From an uncultured delta proteobacterium (GTDB lineage Bacteria; Desulfobacterota; Desulfuromonadia; Geobacterales; DSM-12255), in assembly GCA_963787125.1 (NCBI GenBank), contig CAWBBV010000009.1:1-64000 (forward strand): 64,000 nt of DNA. The letters are read 5' to 3'. This document shows positions 27,722-40,077 of this stretch, piece after piece. Below the pieces are notes generated by a model. It was not told the DNA's origin and did not search any database. It saw only the letters and a program-made list of their open reading frames with translations. Numbering within the stretch: position 1 is the stretch's first letter; the number at the start of each line of letters is the position of its first letter. The translations under genes and the position numbers were made by a program.

Positions 27722-28736
27722 TCAGGTTTTTCACGAAAACTTTTGCTATCTTGGTTGCGCTCCTGTTTTTTCAGTCTGTTCTATACGCTGCCGATATGGA
27801 GATTACCCCCTTCAGGATATTGAACCAGAGCCCTCTGGTGATGATTCAGCCGCTGCCCGCAGAATCTTCTTCAGTCATAACACCCAAAGGGCATTTTTCC
27901 ACGGCGCTTACCTTTGATCTTGCCAGCAGCTACGCAGTGGCGTCTTCGCCTGGTGAAACCATTCGCCTTGACGGGGAATCCTACCGCTGGACACTTTCTA
28001 CCCGCTACGGTCTGACTGACAGGCTGGAAGTTCGGGGTGGAGATTCCTTTTGTGATGTATGGCGGCGGTTTTCTCGACAGTTTCATCATCGGCTGGCACG
28101 ATACCTTTGGCCTGCCGCAAGGGGGGCGTGACCGCGCTCCTAAAAACAGACTCGCTTACAGCTATCGTGACTCACAAGGGCAAAAGCTGCTGATGAACAG
28201 ATCCGGTGAAGGTGTCGGTGATATCGTTCTGACCGGCGGGTTGAAACTTTATGAAGATAAATCCGCTGTCCTCCATGACACTCTTGCGCTTCGTGCAACG
28301 GCCAAACTTCCTACCGGTGATAGTGCTCAGCTTCGCGGGAGTGGCGCTGCGGGCGGATCAGTCTCACTCTGCGGGGCGCTGAATCGCTTTACGGATGCAG
28401 GTAACGTTTGGCCTGTTCGGCTCAGCTGGAGGCATGTTTACCGGTAAAGGGGATGTTCTTGAAACACAACAGCAGAGTTCAGCGGCTTTCGGCACTTTTG
28501 GCTTGGGATGGGGGCCGGCTTCATGGCTGTCATTCAAGTTGCAGCTTAACGCAAACAGCCCCCTTTATAACGGGAGCTCGTTGGCAGAAGTGGCAAAACC
28601 TGCCTTTATGCTGGTGATTGGCGGGGCGCTGAAATTTCCTGGTGAATATCAGCTTGATATCGGCGTATCCGAAGATGTTTCGGTCGGAACTGCCCCTGAT
28701 GTTGCCTTTCATCTCGGTTTGAGCAAACTTTTCTGA
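27718..28736 (+). CDS. Outer-membrane beta-barrel protein (DUF3187-like), two +1 frameshifts
   Basis: Signal peptide, [31 protein letters not shown]...APD; terminal Phe. Confidence 0.7.
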
Positions 28737-28750
28737 GCCATTATCCAACT

Positions 28751-30550
28751 ATGACCCATCTCCCTGTAAATATGCAGGATGCTCTCAAGCGAGGCTGGAC
28801 GGAGCTTGACGTAGTCTTTGTGACCGGTGACGCTTATATCGATCACCCTGCGTTTGGTGTGCCGTTACTGGCGCGCTGGCTTGAGCATAACGGTTTCAGG
28901 GTCGGGATCATAGCTCAGCCGGACTGGAAAAGTAGCGATGCTTTCAAGGTGTTCGGTCGCCCGAAACTCTTCTTTGCCGTTACCGCCGGGGCAATGGACT
29001 CCATGGTTGCTCATTACACCCCTGCCGGAAAAATCCGCCGCGATGATGCCTATACTCCGGGTAACGTGCATGGGGCTCGTCCGAATCGCGCCACTATCGT
29101 CTACACTTCCTGTTGCAGGGCCGCCTATAAAGATGTTCCGGTTGTAATCGGCGGAATCGAGGCGAGTCTGCGCCGTTTTGCCCAGTACGACTTCTGGGAG
29201 GACAAGGTTCGCCGCTCCATCCTCTTTGACAGCAAAGCTGACCTGCTGGTTTACGGTATGGGTGAGACTCCGCTGCTGGAAGTTGCCAAGCGTCTGAAAA
29301 ACGGCAAAGATATTTCGGAACTTGCTGATATTCGCGGATCGGCAGTTGTTGTAAGAGTGCCGTTGAACGACCCGGATACCGTTTTGCTCCCCTCATTTGA
29401 AGAGGTTTCATCCGACAAGCTCAAATATGCCCAGGCATTCCGGCTTTTAGTGGATGAGCAAAACCCATACTCTGCCAAAACTCTTTTGCAGCAGCACGCT
29501 GACAGATTTCTGCTCTGCAACCCGCCAGCGCTCCCCCTGACAACAAAGGAACTGGATTCTGTTTATCTGCTCCCCTTTACAAGGCTTCCTCACCCGTCAT
29601 ACGCCGCTCCGATCCCTGCCTGGGAGCAGATAAAAACCTCTATAACGACGCATCGAGGCTGTAGCGGCGGTTGTGCATTCTGCGCCATAACTCATCATCA
29701 GGGGAAGTTTATCCAGTCTCGTTCAGAAGCGTCAGTGCTTGGAGAGATTGAGGGTATTGCTGCGCAAAAGTGGTGCAGAGGGAGCATCAGCGACATAGGC
29801 GGGCCGACTGCAAATATGTACGGAATGCGCTGCACAGCGCCTGACAGCGGCCATTCGTGCCGCCGTACAAGCTGTCTGCACCCTTTCATCTGCCGTAATC
29901 TTTACCTTGCCGACAAGGAAGCGTCAGCGCTGCTGAAAAAAGGACGAAAGGTAACCGGAGTCCGCCATACTTTCGTCTCTTCAGGAATCCGTTTTGACCT
30001 TCTTCTGCAGCAGCCCCATTATTTTGATGAACTTACCGCAAATCACGTAGGCGGACTCCTCAAGGTTGCGCCGGAGCATCTCTGCGCGAGTGTCACAAAG
30101 GTCATGCGCAAGCCGGGGGAAAACCTTTTTGGCGAGTTTCTGGAGATGTTCAGGACTAAAAGCAGTAATGCAGGAAAGCGCCAGGCTGTTGTCCCGTACC
30201 TGATTTCCGGGCATCCCGGCTGCACAATAAGCGATATGGTTGATCTGGCGCTTAAGCTTAAAGAGCTTGGCTTAAGAGTCGAACAGGTTCAGGATTTCAC
30301 TCCGACACCAGGCACACTGTCTACCTGTATCTATCACACCGGCATTGACCCGCTTACCGGTGAGTCTGTTTACGTGCCAAGAGGAGCGAAAGAAAAGCGG
30401 CTGCAAAAATCTCTGCTTCTTTCCCATCTTCCGGAAGAGAGAAAAAATGTATTAGAAGCATTGCGGATTTCCGGAAGAGGTGATGCCTTAAAGGTTTTAC
30501 TGGGTGTAAGCAGCTCTCTTTACAACAAAAACGAAAAAAAATTTAAATAA
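28751..30550 (+). CDS. ygiQ: YgiQ family (UPF0313) radical SAM protein
   Basis: [46 protein letters not shown]. Confidence 0.9.
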   Translation: MTHLPVNMQDALKRGWTELDVVFVTGDAYIDHPAFGVPLLARWLEHNGFRVGIIAQPDWKSSDAFKVFGRPKLFFAVTAGAMDSMVAHYTPAGKIRRDDAYTPGNVHGARPNRATIVYTSCCRAAYKDVPVVIGGIEASLRRFAQYDFWEDKVRRSILFDSKADLLVYGMGETPLLEVAKRLKNGKDISELADIRGSAVVVRVPLNDPDTVLLPSFEEVSSDKLKYAQAFRLLVDEQNPYSAKTLLQQHADRFLLCNPPALPLTTKELDSVYLLPFTRLPHPSYAAPIPAWEQIKTSITTHRGCSGGCAFCAITHHQGKFIQSRSEASVLGEIEGIAAQKWCRGSISDIGGPTANMYGMRCTAPDSGHSCRRTSCLHPFICRNLYLADKEASALLKKGRKVTGVRHTFVSSGIRFDLLLQQPHYFDELTANHVGGLLKVAPEHLCASVTKVMRKPGENLFGEFLEMFRTKSSNAGKRQAVVPYLISGHPGCTISDMVDLALKLKELGLRVEQVQDFTPTPGTLSTCIYHTGIDPLTGESVYVPRGAKEKRLQKSLLLSHLPEERKNVLEALRISGRGDALKVLLGVSSSLYNKNEKKFK

Positions 30551-30554
30551 AAAC

Positions 30555-30584
30555 TTGACGGATATATTTTTCTTGTTGTATAAA
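30555..30584 (+). promoter_or_regulatory. sigma70 promoter of the tRNA-tuf operon
   Basis: TTGACG...TATAAA with an AT-rich upstream tract, 10 nt before tRNA-Thr. Confidence 0.6.
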
Positions 30585-30594
30585 GCTTATTCGC

Positions 30595-30670
30595 GCTGGT
30601 GTAGCTCAATTGGCAGAGCAGCTGACTTGTAATCAGCAGGTTGCGGGTTCGAGTCCCATCACCAGCTCCA
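30595..30670 (+). tRNA. tRNA-Thr(TGT)
   Basis: Cloverleaf, anticodon TGT, TTCGA T-loop, CCA. Confidence 0.97.
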
Positions 30671-30742
30671 CTTTAAGTTTTAAGCAGAGACCGGGAGGTA
30701 TCCAGACCGGTCTCCCGCTGATGTTTTTCTGGCTTATCCCAT

Positions 30743-30828
30743 GGAGGGATTCCCGAGTGGCCAAAGGGAACAGACTGTAAATCTGTCGTCGTACGACTTC
30801 GGAGGTTCGAATCCTCCTCCCTCCACCA
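30743..30828 (+). tRNA. tRNA-Tyr(GTA)
   Basis: Cloverleaf with long variable arm, anticodon GTA, CCA. Confidence 0.97.
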
Positions 30829-30939
30829 TAAAGTACATATCGAGGCGGTTTTTTCAGTCGTAAGCCAGGAGACGAAAGTCAGACGGACTGGCAACGCTGG
30901 AATGATGCGCTTCACAAAGGCAATGAACAGATCTTTTTG

Positions 30940-31016
30940 GCGGGAGTAGCTCAGTTGGCTAGAGCATCAGCCTTCCAAGCTGAGGGTCGCGGGTTCGAGT
31001 CCCGTTTCCCGCTCCA
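30940..31016 (+). tRNA. tRNA-Gly(TCC)
   Basis: Cloverleaf, anticodon TCC, CCA. Confidence 0.97.
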
Positions 31017-31028
31017 AATTATTTGTTA

Positions 31029-31104
<76 letters not shown>

Positions 31105-31154
31105 TTTTCTGCAGTAATATAGACCGTAATAATCAGTAAACGGAGGAATAAGTC

Positions 31155-32345
31155 ATGGCCAAGGCAAAATTTGAAAGAAACAAACCGCATTTGAACATAG
31201 GGACAATAGGTCACGTTGACCATGGTAAGACTACCCTTACTGCAGCGATCACAAAAGTTCTTGCAGGTAAAGGTCAGGCTGAATACAAATCCTTTGATCA
31301 GATCGACAATGCCCCGGAAGAGCGTGAGCGCGGAATCACAATAGCTACAGCCCACGTAGAGTACGAGACAGACAATCGCCACTACGCACACGTTGATTGT
31401 CCTGGTCACGCTGACTACGTAAAGAACATGATTACCGGTGCAGCCCAGATGGACGGAGCAATCCTCGTTGTCTCCGCAGCTGACGGCCCAATGCCGCAGA
31501 CACGTGAGCACATCCTGCTTGCCCGCCAGGTAGGTGTACCAAACATAGTCGTATTTCTCAACAAAGCCGACATGGTTGATGACGAAGAACTTATAGAGCT
31601 CGTAGAGCTGGAAATCAGAGAACTGCTCTGCAGCTATGACTTCCCAGGCGACGACATCCCGATCATCAAAGGCTCTGCACTTAAAGCCCTTGAAGGCGAA
31701 AAGACAGAACTTGGCGAAGAATCCATAACTCGCCTCATGGCAGCAGTCGACGCATACTTCCCGCAGCCAGAGCGCGCCATCGACAAACCATTTCTAATGC
31801 CGGTTGAAGACGTCTTCTCCATCTCCGGACGTGGCACAGTAGCCACAGGACGAGTAGAGCGCGGCATAGTCAAGGTAGGCGAAGAAATTGAAGTGGTCGG
31901 AATCAAGGCAACTGCCAAAACAACAGTAACCGGCGTAGAAATGTTCCGCAAGCTGCTTGACGAAGGCCGTGCCGGCGACAACATCGGCGCCCTGCTTCGC
32001 GGTGTGAAGCGTGAAGACATCGAGCGAGGCCAAGTACTTGCCAAGCCGGGGAGTATCAAACCGCATATGAAATTCAAAGCGGAAGCCTACATACTCACAA
32101 AAGAAGAGGGTGGTCGTCATACTCCATTCTTTAATGGCTACCGTCCACAGTTTTATTTTAGAACAACAGACGTAACAGGCATCGCAGAGCTTCCGGCAGG
32201 AACAGAAATGGTAATGCCTGGCGATAACGTGGCAATCGTAGTAAACCTCATCACCCCGATAGCTATGGACGAGGGACTTCGCTTTGCAATTCGCGAAGGC
32301 GGCCGTACAGTTGGAGCAGGTGTTGTAAGCGCTATTATCGAATAA
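31155..32345 (+). CDS. tuf: Elongation factor Tu (copy 1)
   Basis: [18 protein letters not shown]. Confidence 0.99.
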   Translation: MAKAKFERNKPHLNIGTIGHVDHGKTTLTAAITKVLAGKGQAEYKSFDQIDNAPEERERGITIATAHVEYETDNRHYAHVDCPGHADYVKNMITGAAQMDGAILVVSAADGPMPQTREHILLARQVGVPNIVVFLNKADMVDDEELIELVELEIRELLCSYDFPGDDIPIIKGSALKALEGEKTELGEESITRLMAAVDAYFPQPERAIDKPFLMPVEDVFSISGRGTVATGRVERGIVKVGEEIEVVGIKATAKTTVTGVEMFRKLLDEGRAGDNIGALLRGVKREDIERGQVLAKPGSIKPHMKFKAEAYILTKEEGGRHTPFFNGYRPQFYFRTTDVTGIAELPAGTEMVMPGDNVAIVVNLITPIAMDEGLRFAIREGGRTVGAGVVSAIIE

Positions 32346-32389
32346 AGCAGCATATTTTAATGCGTAAAAAGTAAGCAAAGGAATTCATT

Positions 32390-32539
32390 ATGAGAGATAT
32401 CATCACCCTTGCATGTACAGAGTGCAAGCAGAGAAACTATACAACCACCAAAAACAAGAGAACCACTCCTCAGAAGCTTGAGTTTAAAAAGTACTGCCGT
32501 TTCTGCAGAGTTCACACTCCGCACAAGGAAACCAAGTAA
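32390..32539 (+). CDS. rpmG: 50S ribosomal protein L33 (below the ORF-track size limit)
   Basis: [35 protein letters not shown]. Confidence 0.97.
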   Translation: MRDIITLACTECKQRNYTTTKNKRTTPQKLEFKKYCRFCRVHTPHKETK

Positions 32540-32558
32540 GCGATCTGTTTTTATTTGC

Positions 32559-32635
32559 AGGCCAGTAGCTCTAACGGCTAGAGCACCGGTCTCCAAAACC
32601 GGGTGTTGGGGGTTCGAATCCCTCCTGGCCTGCCA
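32559..32635 (+). tRNA. tRNA-Trp(CCA)
   Basis: Cloverleaf, anticodon CCA, canonical position before secE. Confidence 0.97.
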
Positions 32636-32665
32636 TTTTTCTGCTTACTAGAAGAGGTGTGAACC

Positions 32666-32851
32666 GTGATTGCAAAGACGCGAATATTTTTTGATGAAGT
32701 CAAGCAGGAGTTGGACAAGGTAACTTGGCCCACGCGCAAGGAAACTATCGGCACAACCTGGGTTGTTGTCTTTATTGTTGTTCTGATCTCTTTTTACCTC
32801 GGAGCTTGTGACCTTGTCCTTGCAAAGCTTCTTCGTTTCTTTTTGGGCTAA
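32666..32851 (+). CDS. secE: Preprotein translocase SecE
   Basis: ELDKVTWP plus transmembrane helix. Confidence 0.95.
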   Translation: MIAKTRIFFDEVKQELDKVTWPTRKETIGTTWVVVFIVVLISFYLGACDLVLAKLLRFFLG

Positions 32852-32863
32852 AGGGATATAAAA

Positions 32864-33391
32864 ATGGCACTAAAGTGGTATGGCGTACACACATACTCTG
32901 GTTTTGAAAATAAAGTAAAACTCTCTCTTCACGAAAGAGTCAAGAATCAAGGCCTCGAAGAGTTTTTTGGAGAGATACTGATTCCTTCTGAAACCGTGAT
33001 GGAACTAAAAAAGGGTGAGCGTAAAACAACCTCAAGAAAGTTCTTTCCAGGATATATTCTGGTAAATATGGATCTTAATGACGAAACTTGGCATGTAGTG
33101 AAAGAGACTGCCAAGGTCACTGGTTTTGTCGGAGGGAACTCCCCTGCGCCAATAACAGATGAAGAGATCAGCAGAATTACAAAGAAAGTTGAAGAAGGCG
33201 CGGAAAAACCTCGTCCTAAGATCAAGTTTGATGTTGGTGAGACTGTCCGGGTAATTGATGGTCCTTTCCTGAATTTTGCCGGCGTGGTCGAAGATGTTAA
33301 GCCTGATAAGGCTAAGCTTCGCGTTATGGTGAGTATTTTTGGTAGAGCAACACCAGTAGAACTCGAGTTCATGCAAGTCGAAAAACAGTAG
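32864..33391 (+). CDS. nusG: Transcription factor NusG
   Basis: WY.VHTYSG.E, FPGY, KOW domain. Confidence 0.98.
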   Translation: MALKWYGVHTYSGFENKVKLSLHERVKNQGLEEFFGEILIPSETVMELKKGERKTTSRKFFPGYILVNMDLNDETWHVVKETAKVTGFVGGNSPAPITDEEISRITKKVEEGAEKPRPKIKFDVGETVRVIDGPFLNFAGVVEDVKPDKAKLRVMVSIFGRATPVELEFMQVEKQ

Positions 33392-33478
33392 GATTTATTT
33401 CCGGGTGCTATACTCACCTGTTAATTTGGATAATGATACACCGATGGCTCTGCCATCAACAAGTCAAAGGAGTAGCAG

Positions 33479-33904
33479 ATGGCTAAGAAAATTACTGGTT
33501 ATATCAAGCTTCAGGTGCCTGCTGGCAAAGCAAATCCGTCACCGCCGATCGGTCCCGCTCTAGGTCAGCACGGGGTCAACATCATGGAGTTCTGCAAGGC
33601 GTTCAATGCAAAGACTCAGGCTGATGATGTTGGGACTATAACCCCTGTAGTTATAACTGTTTATGCCGACAGGTCTTTTACATTTATAACAAAAACACCG
33701 CCTGTGCCTATTCTTATAAAGAAGGCAATCGGTATATCGAGCGGATCAGCTGTCCCAAACAAGACAAAGGTCGGCAAGCTTACCAATGAGCAAGTTCGTG
33801 AGATCGCGCTGAAAAAAATGCCTGATCTTAATGCTGCCAGTATTGAAGCAGCTATGCGTACCGTAGAAGGCACTGCCCGTAGTATGGGTGTTGATATCGT
33901 TTAG
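33479..33904 (+). CDS. rplK: 50S ribosomal protein L11
   Basis: [15 protein letters not shown]. Confidence 0.99.
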   Translation: MAKKITGYIKLQVPAGKANPSPPIGPALGQHGVNIMEFCKAFNAKTQADDVGTITPVVITVYADRSFTFITKTPPVPILIKKAIGISSGSAVPNKTKVGKLTNEQVREIALKKMPDLNAASIEAAMRTVEGTARSMGVDIV

Positions 33905-33928
33905 GAATACTAGAGAGGTCTGTAGACA

Positions 33929-34630
33929 ATGTCCAAGATTGCTAAGAAGATGAATGCAGCAGCTGTGAAAGTAGACCGTTCCAGGAATTACTCTGTTAAT
34001 GACGGTGTAGATCTTGTCAAAGGTGCAGCTTATGCAAAATTTGATGAAACTGTCGATGTAGCTGTCAGGCTCGGTGTTGACCCACGTCACGCTGATCAGA
34101 TGGTTCGTGGTGCCGTAGTTCTTCCCAATGGACTTGGTAAAGAGGTTAGAGTCCTTGTCTTTGCCAAAGGGGAGAAAGAGAAGGAGGCACGTGATGCAGG
34201 TGCCGATTTCGTAGGTGCAGAGGATCTGGTGACAAAGATTCAGGAAGGCTGGTTTGGCTTTGATACTGCGATTGCAACTCCTGACATGATGGGTGTTGTC
34301 GGCAAGATCGGAAAGTTGCTCGGACCCCGTGGACTTATGCCAAATCCGAAAGTCGGTACTGTTACCTTTGATATCGGGCGGGCTGTGAAAGAGTCAAAAT
34401 CAGGTAAAGTCGAGTTCCGTGTTGAGAAGGCCGGAATCGTGCACGCTCCTGTTGGCAAGACTTCTTTTACTGCGGATGTTCTTAAAGAGAATCTCCTTGC
34501 GCTGGTTGATGCACTTGTTAAAGCAAAACCATCTGCTGCCAAAGGTACTTATATCAAGAAAATATCTATCTCATCAACGATGGGACCTGGTGTCAAGCTT
34601 GATATAGCCGATGTCACTGCAAAAATTTAA
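33929..34630 (+). CDS. rplA: 50S ribosomal protein L1
   Basis: [18 protein letters not shown]. Confidence 0.99.
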   Translation: MSKIAKKMNAAAVKVDRSRNYSVNDGVDLVKGAAYAKFDETVDVAVRLGVDPRHADQMVRGAVVLPNGLGKEVRVLVFAKGEKEKEARDAGADFVGAEDLVTKIQEGWFGFDTAIATPDMMGVVGKIGKLLGPRGLMPNPKVGTVTFDIGRAVKESKSGKVEFRVEKAGIVHAPVGKTSFTADVLKENLLALVDALVKAKPSAAKGTYIKKISISSTMGPGVKLDIADVTAKI

Positions 34631-34644
34631 CATCAGCACTTAAG

Positions 34645-34760
34645 TCCAAAGTCAAAGACAGCAGGTGCCGTTTCGACGGTTTAAAATACAAGCCTGCCGA
34701 GACTAGAAATGTTGAAGGATTATATCCTCCAACTTCCGACTTTGGCGGGGCTTTGCCCTT
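34645..34760 (+). promoter_or_regulatory. L10 leader (rplJ autogenous control RNA)
   Basis: AAGACAGCAGG...GCCTGCCGAG pattern between rplA and rplJ. Confidence 0.75.
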
Positions 34761-34785
34761 ATACCAAAAGAAAGGAGGATGGCGC

Positions 34786-35310
34786 TTGAATAAACAGAAC
34801 AAGCAACAGGTAGTTACAGAAATACATGAAAAGCTCGCTAGAGCTAATGCGGTTTTCGTCGCCGATTTTCGCGGGATGACCGTTGAAAAAGCGACTACGC
34901 TCAGAAATGATTTGCGTGCTGCACAAGTTGAATACAAGGTCGTTAAGAATACACTTCTTGATCTTGCTTCAGCTGATACTGCAGCAGCAGTACTTGCCCC
35001 TTATTTTAAGGGTCCGACAGCTGTCGCAATGACCTATGCTGATCCGGTCGCCGCTGCCAAGGTACTTGCAAAGTATGCCAAAGAGCAGCAGGCAACTTTC
35101 AAACTCAAGGGTGGTGTGCTCTCGGGTAAACTTATTTCCGCAGCCGAGATACAGGCACTTGCTGAGCTTCCAAGCCGCGAGGTTCTGATCGCAAGAATGC
35201 TTGGTTCAATGAACGCACCGGCAACAAATTTTGTTGGTGTTCTAGCCGCTGTTCCGGGCAGTTTCGTCAGGGCACTTGATGCCATAAGACAACAAAAACA
35301 GGGTAATTAA
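34786..35310 (+). CDS. rplJ: 50S ribosomal protein L10
   Basis: VVKNTL, LPSREVL; TTG start after AGGAGG. Confidence 0.97.
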   Translation: MNKQNKQQVVTEIHEKLARANAVFVADFRGMTVEKATTLRNDLRAAQVEYKVVKNTLLDLASADTAAAVLAPYFKGPTAVAMTYADPVAAAKVLAKYAKEQQATFKLKGGVLSGKLISAAEIQALAELPSREVLIARMLGSMNAPATNFVGVLAAVPGSFVRALDAIRQQKQGN

Positions 35311-35338
35311 ACCTATATAAAACCTACGGAGGAATGAA

Positions 35339-35713
35339 ATGTCTGTAACTAAAGAAGAAGTGATCAGTTTTATTGAGAATATGACAGTGCTTGAGCTTTC
35401 AGTAATGGTTAAAGAGCTTGAGGAGAAATTTGGTGTTTCTGCTGCTGCTCCTGCCGCTGCTGCTGCTGCCCCTGCTGCTGCTGCTGAGGTTGCAGAAGAG
35501 AAAACAGAGTTTGATGTAATTCTCAAGGCTGCTGGTCCTAATAAGATCAACGTCATTAAGGTTGTGCGTGCACTTACAAGTCTTGGTCTCAAAGAGGCGA
35601 AAGACCTTGTTGATGGTGCACCACAGGCAGTCAAAACAGCAGTTCCTAAGCAAGAAGCAGAAGACGCAAAGAAGCAGCTTGCTGAAGCTGGTGCAGAAGT
35701 AGAAGTTAAGTAA
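35339..35713 (+). CDS. rplL: 50S ribosomal protein L7/L12
   Basis: [18 protein letters not shown]. Confidence 0.99.
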   Translation: MSVTKEEVISFIENMTVLELSVMVKELEEKFGVSAAAPAAAAAAPAAAAEVAEEKTEFDVILKAAGPNKINVIKVVRALTSLGLKEAKDLVDGAPQAVKTAVPKQEAEDAKKQLAEAGAEVEVK

Positions 35714-35737
35714 ATAAATGTATAAACCCCTTTTGTA

Positions 35738-35775
35738 AGCCAAGGTCGCATTTGCGGCCTTGGCTGTTCTATTTT
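35738..35775 (+). terminator. Attenuator/terminator hairpin between rplL and rpoB
   Basis: AGCCAAGGTCGC-attt-GCGGCCTTGGCT with a T-rich tail. Confidence 0.6.
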
Positions 35776-35885
35776 GTTGGCGGGCTAGTGCTTCGTGACG
35801 CCAACTACTTGAAATAAAACAAATTCAGGTAGTGAGACCAGGACGTTTTCGTCTTTGTTAGTCTTGCACGAAGGAGATACATTTA

Positions 35886-38800
35886 ATGGCTTATTCCATA
35901 GCTAATAACCCCCTCTTACGTAAGAACTTTGCAAAAATCAAGAAGATCATTGATATACCAAATCTAATTGATATTCAGAAAAACTCCTATAAACGATTTC
36001 TTCAAGTTGATATCCCTGCAGAATCCAGAAAAAATATCGGTCTCGAGTCTGTATTTAGAAGCGTTTTCCCTATCAAGGACTTTAGTGAAATATCTTCTCT
36101 TGAGTACGTCACATACTCGCTTGGTACACCTAAGTACGATGTAGAAGAGTGTCATCAGCGGGGTATGACTTTTGCTGCACCAATGAAGGTAAAAGTCCGT
36201 CTGGTTGTATGGGACGTAAATAAAGAGACTGACTCCCGTTCCATTAAAGACATCAAGGAACAGGAGGTCTATTTCGGCGAAATTCCGCTTATGACCGAAA
36301 ATGGTACATTTATAATCAATGGTACCGAGCGGGTTATCGTAAGTCAGTTGCACCGTTCTCCCGGCGTTTTCTATGATCACGACAAAGGGAAAACACATTC
36401 AAGTGGAAAAGTCCTCTATTCAGCCAGAGTAATACCTTATCGTGGTTCCTGGCTTGATTTCGAGTTTGATCATAAAGATATACTGTATGTACGGATTGAT
36501 AGAAGGCGTAAAATGCCTGCAACTGTGCTGCTTAAGGCTCTTGGCTACTCTCTGGAGAGCCTGCTTAACTATTATTATAAGAATGAAGAGATCGTTATTG
36601 ACGGAGAGCGTACTTTTAAAGTTGCAGATCCTGAACTACTTGCAAACCAGAAAAGTACAGCTGATATTTTTAATCCGCAAACCGGCGAAATTATTGTAAA
36701 GGCGAATCGGAAGTTTACTAAAGCGGCTATTCGTAAAATGCAGGAAAACGACATTAAACTCATTCCTGTTACTGATGAAGAGATAGTCGGTAAGTTCTCA
36801 TGTCATGATGTAGTGGATCCATCAACAGGTGAAGTTATAGCTGAGTGTAATGAGGAGATAACCGCTTCAAAGCTTATTGAAATAAAAGTTAGAAATATCC
36901 GTACGTTGAATCTGCTATACATCGACAATCTTTATTCGACTTCTTCTTTCCGGGAGACTCTTCTTGCTGACAAAATGTCTTCCACTGAAGATGCTCTGAT
37001 CGAAATATACAGACGGCTTCGTCCCGGAGATCCGCCTACAATTAAAAGCGCAGTTGCAATGTTTGGGAATCTTTTTTTCAACCCTGAAAGATATGACCTC
37101 TCAACTGTAGGTCGCTTGAAACTTAACTATAAGCTCGGGCTCTCAACTCCTCTAGATTGTCAGATCCTGATCAAAGAGGATATTCTTGAAGTCGTTCGCT
37201 ATTTGATTGATCTTAAAAACGGCAAAGGGAACATCGACGACATCGATCATCTGGGTAACCGTCGTGTAAGAGCAGTAGGTGAGCTTCTGGAAAACCAGTA
37301 CAGAATCGGTTTGGTGAGAATGGAAAGGGCGATCAAGGAGAGAATGAGCCTTCAGGAAGTTGAGAACCTGATGCCTCACGATCTTATCAACTCCAAGCCA
37401 GTATCTGCGGTAGTTAAAGAGTTTTTCGGCTCATCCCAGCTTTCCCAGTTTATGGATCAAACAAATCCTCTTTCTGAGGTGACACATAAACGTCGTCTTT
37501 CAGCCCTAGGACCGGGTGGCTTGACCAGAGAGCGCGCCGGCTTTGAAGTCCGTGACGTCCATCCTACTCACTACGGCCGTGTATGCCCTATCGAAACCCC
37601 TGAGGGCCCGAATATCGGCCTTATTGCATCGTTATCAACTTATGCGCGTATTAACGAGCACGGTTTTGTAGAAACTCCTTACCGGTTAGTTAAGGAAGGA
37701 CAAGTTACCTATGAAGTCAAGTTTTTCTCCGCGCTTGAAGAGGAAGGTCTTGCAATTGCACAGGCTAACGCGGAAATGGACCAGAATGACTGTCTCGTCA
37801 ATGATTACGTTTCAGCTCGTAAATCTGGCGAATATGTTCTTGTGGCCCGTGACGAGATCGAGTTGATGGAAGTTTCACCATTGCAACTTGTTTCTGTTGC
37901 TGCTTCTCTTATACCGTTTCTGGAAAATGACGATGCTAACAGAGCGCTAATGGGCTCCAATATGCAGCGTCAGGCCGTACCATTGCTCAAAGCGGACTCT
38001 CCACTTATCGGAACCGGTATGGAGAGGGTTGTTGCCAGGGATTCAGGTGTTTCAGTTGTTGCAAGACATAATGGCGTGGTCGAATCTGTTGATGCGTCAC
38101 GAATTGTTGTCAAAATAGATGATAACGAATACGACGAGAGTGGCACCGGTGTCGACATTTACAATTTGATCAAGTTTGCAAGATCAAATCAAAATACCTG
38201 TATGAATCAGCGCCCTGTTGTTAAAACAGGGGACAAGGTTAAACGTACTGACGTTATAGCTGACGGTCCTTCGACAGACATGGGCGAGCTTGCTCTTGGT
38301 CAGAATGTAGTAGTTGCCTTTATGCCTTGGGGTGGCTGCAACTTTGAGGACTCGATCCTTATTTCTGAACGACTTGTTAAGGATGACAGATATACATCCA
38401 TTCATATTGAAGAGTTTGAATGCGTGGCCAGGGATACAAAACTTGGCAAGGAAGAGATTACTTCCGACATACCAAATCTTGGTGAAGAGACCCTTAAAGA
38501 TCTGGATGAATCAGGTATTATCAGAGTCGGTGCCGAAGTAAAGCCCGGCGATATTCTTGTAGGTAAGATAACCCCTAAAGGAGAGACTCAGCTCTCTCCG
38601 GAAGAGAAACTGCTCCGTGCTATTTTCGGCGAGAAAGCCGGGGATGTCCGAGATACTTCGCAACGTGTGCCGCCTGGAGTTGAGGGTACTGTCATAGGTG
38701 CCAAAATCTTCTCCCGCAAAGGTGCGGATAAAGACAGCAGAACCGAGGCAATTGAAAAAGCTGAGGAGCTTAGACTGCGTAAAGATGAGCAGGATGAGAT

Positions 38801-39998
38801 AAGAATAATACGTACTTCTGCGACTGACAATATCCGTAGGCTTCTCTCTGGAAAGGTGTCAGGTGTGAAGGTTGAAGGTAAGGACGGCAAAGTAATCATT
38901 GCAAAAGGGAAGACGATTACTGACGAGTCACTTGCAATGATTCCGGTTGACAGATGGGATCAAATTTCAGTTGCTGAAGATGAGAGTATCGAGGAGCGAG
39001 TAGCTGAAATACTTGGCAAGCTTCATCAGAAGATAGATCTTATTAAATACGTTTTTGAAGATAAAGTGCAGAAGCTCAAACGTGGCGACGATCTCCCTCC
39101 AGGAGTTATTAAGATGGTTAAAGTATATATTGCCATCAAACGTAAACTTCAGGTTGGTGACAAGATGGCAGGTCGTCACGGTAACAAAGGTGTAGTTTCA
39201 AGGATACTGCCGGAAGAGGATATGCCTTATATGGAGGACGGTCGTCCTGTAGAGATTGTTCTGAATCCACTTGGTGTACCTTCTCGTATGAACGTCGGTC
39301 AGATTCTGGAAACACATCTCGGCTGGGCAGCCAAGGGTATTGGTTGGAAGATCGAAGAGATGTTGGAGAAGACTTCTTCTGAACCTGCGCTCAGAAAATA
39401 TCTGAAAGATGTTTATGGCGACAAGGATATGAACAAGTTCATTGACGGGCTCGACGAAGAAGAGCTCAGATTGAATGCAAAACGACTCCAACGAGGAGTT
39501 CCTATCGCATCACCGGTATTTGAGGGTGCATCCGAAGATCATATTCAGAAGATGCTCAAACTGGCAGGTTTTGACAGTTCTGCCCAGGTATCTCTCTATG
39601 ACGGAAAAACAGGCGATAAGTTCAGGCATAAAGTTACTGTAGGTGTTATGTATGTTCTTAAACTGCACCACTTGGTAGATGACAAGATTCATGCGCGTTC
39701 AATCGGACCTTACAGTCTCGTAACCCAGCAACCGCTTGGCGGAAAAGCCCAGTTTGGTGGGCAGAGACTCGGTGAGATGGAGGTCTGGGCGATGGAAGCA
39801 TACGGTGCTGCATACGCTCTTCAGGAATTCCTCACGGTAAAATCTGATGATGTCGCTGGTCGGACGCGTATGTACGAGGCCATTGTAAAGGGTAAACACA
39901 CCCTTGAACCCGGTCTCCCTGAGTCATTCAACGTCCTTATCAAAGAGTTGCAGTCACTTTGCCTTGATGTGGAGCTGCTTGAAGCAGAGGATGAATAG
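35886..39998 (+). CDS. rpoB: RNA polymerase beta subunit
   Basis: [21 protein letters not shown]. Confidence 0.99.
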   Translation: MAYSIANNPLLRKNFAKIKKIIDIPNLIDIQKNSYKRFLQVDIPAESRKNIGLESVFRSVFPIKDFSEISSLEYVTYSLGTPKYDVEECHQRGMTFAAPMKVKVRLVVWDVNKETDSRSIKDIKEQEVYFGEIPLMTENGTFIINGTERVIVSQLHRSPGVFYDHDKGKTHSSGKVLYSARVIPYRGSWLDFEFDHKDILYVRIDRRRKMPATVLLKALGYSLESLLNYYYKNEEIVIDGERTFKVADPELLANQKSTADIFNPQTGEIIVKANRKFTKAAIRKMQENDIKLIPVTDEEIVGKFSCHDVVDPSTGEVIAECNEEITASKLIEIKVRNIRTLNLLYIDNLYSTSSFRETLLADKMSSTEDALIEIYRRLRPGDPPTIKSAVAMFGNLFFNPERYDLSTVGRLKLNYKLGLSTPLDCQILIKEDILEVVRYLIDLKNGKGNIDDIDHLGNRRVRAVGELLENQYRIGLVRMERAIKERMSLQEVENLMPHDLINSKPVSAVVKEFFGSSQLSQFMDQTNPLSEVTHKRRLSALGPGGLTRERAGFEVRDVHPTHYGRVCPIETPEGPNIGLIASLSTYARINEHGFVETPYRLVKEGQVTYEVKFFSALEEEGLAIAQANAEMDQNDCLVNDYVSARKSGEYVLVARDEIELMEVSPLQLVSVAASLIPFLENDDANRALMGSNMQRQAVPLLKADSPLIGTGMERVVARDSGVSVVARHNGVVESVDASRIVVKIDDNEYDESGTGVDIYNLIKFARSNQNTCMNQRPVVKTGDKVKRTDVIADGPSTDMGELALGQNVVVAFMPWGGCNFEDSILISERLVKDDRYTSIHIEEFECVARDTKLGKEEITSDIPNLGEETLKDLDESGIIRVGAEVKPGDILVGKITPKGETQLSPEEKLLRAIFGEKAGDVRDTSQRVPPGVEGTVIGAKIFSRKGADKDSRTEAIEKAEELRLRKDEQDEIRIIRTSATDNIRRLLSGKVSGVKVEGKDGKVIIAKGKTITDESLAMIPVDRWDQISVAEDESIEERVAEILGKLHQKIDLIKYVFEDKVQKLKRGDDLPPGVIKMVKVYIAIKRKLQVGDKMAGRHGNKGVVSRILPEEDMPYMEDGRPVEIVLNPLGVPSRMNVGQILETHLGWAAKGIGWKIEEMLEKTSSEPALRKYLKDVYGDKDMNKFIDGLDEEELRLNAKRLQRGVPIASPVFEGASEDHIQKMLKLAGFDSSAQVSLYDGKTGDKFRHKVTVGVMYVLKLHHLVDDKIHARSIGPYSLVTQQPLGGKAQFGGQRLGEMEVWAMEAYGAAYALQEFLTVKSDDVAGRTRMYEAIVKGKHTLEPGLPESFNVLIKELQSLCLDVELLEAEDE

Positions 39999-40077
39999 GA
40001 AGCCTGCCGTTTGAGTTGATGACGGCAGAAGGTGATCAAAAAATTCAGTTACTCCTACAAACAGGGAGGATAAAGCT

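Noticed and set aside
8258..28736. Broken brnT, ykgJ-like, relE, TPR, yedE and DUF3187-like genes as real pseudogenes
   Set aside because: They show the same single-base insertion signature as the essential genes, so inactivation cannot be called without reads.
35441..35487. GCT trinucleotide repeats
   Set aside because: They encode the normal Ala-rich hinge of L7/L12.
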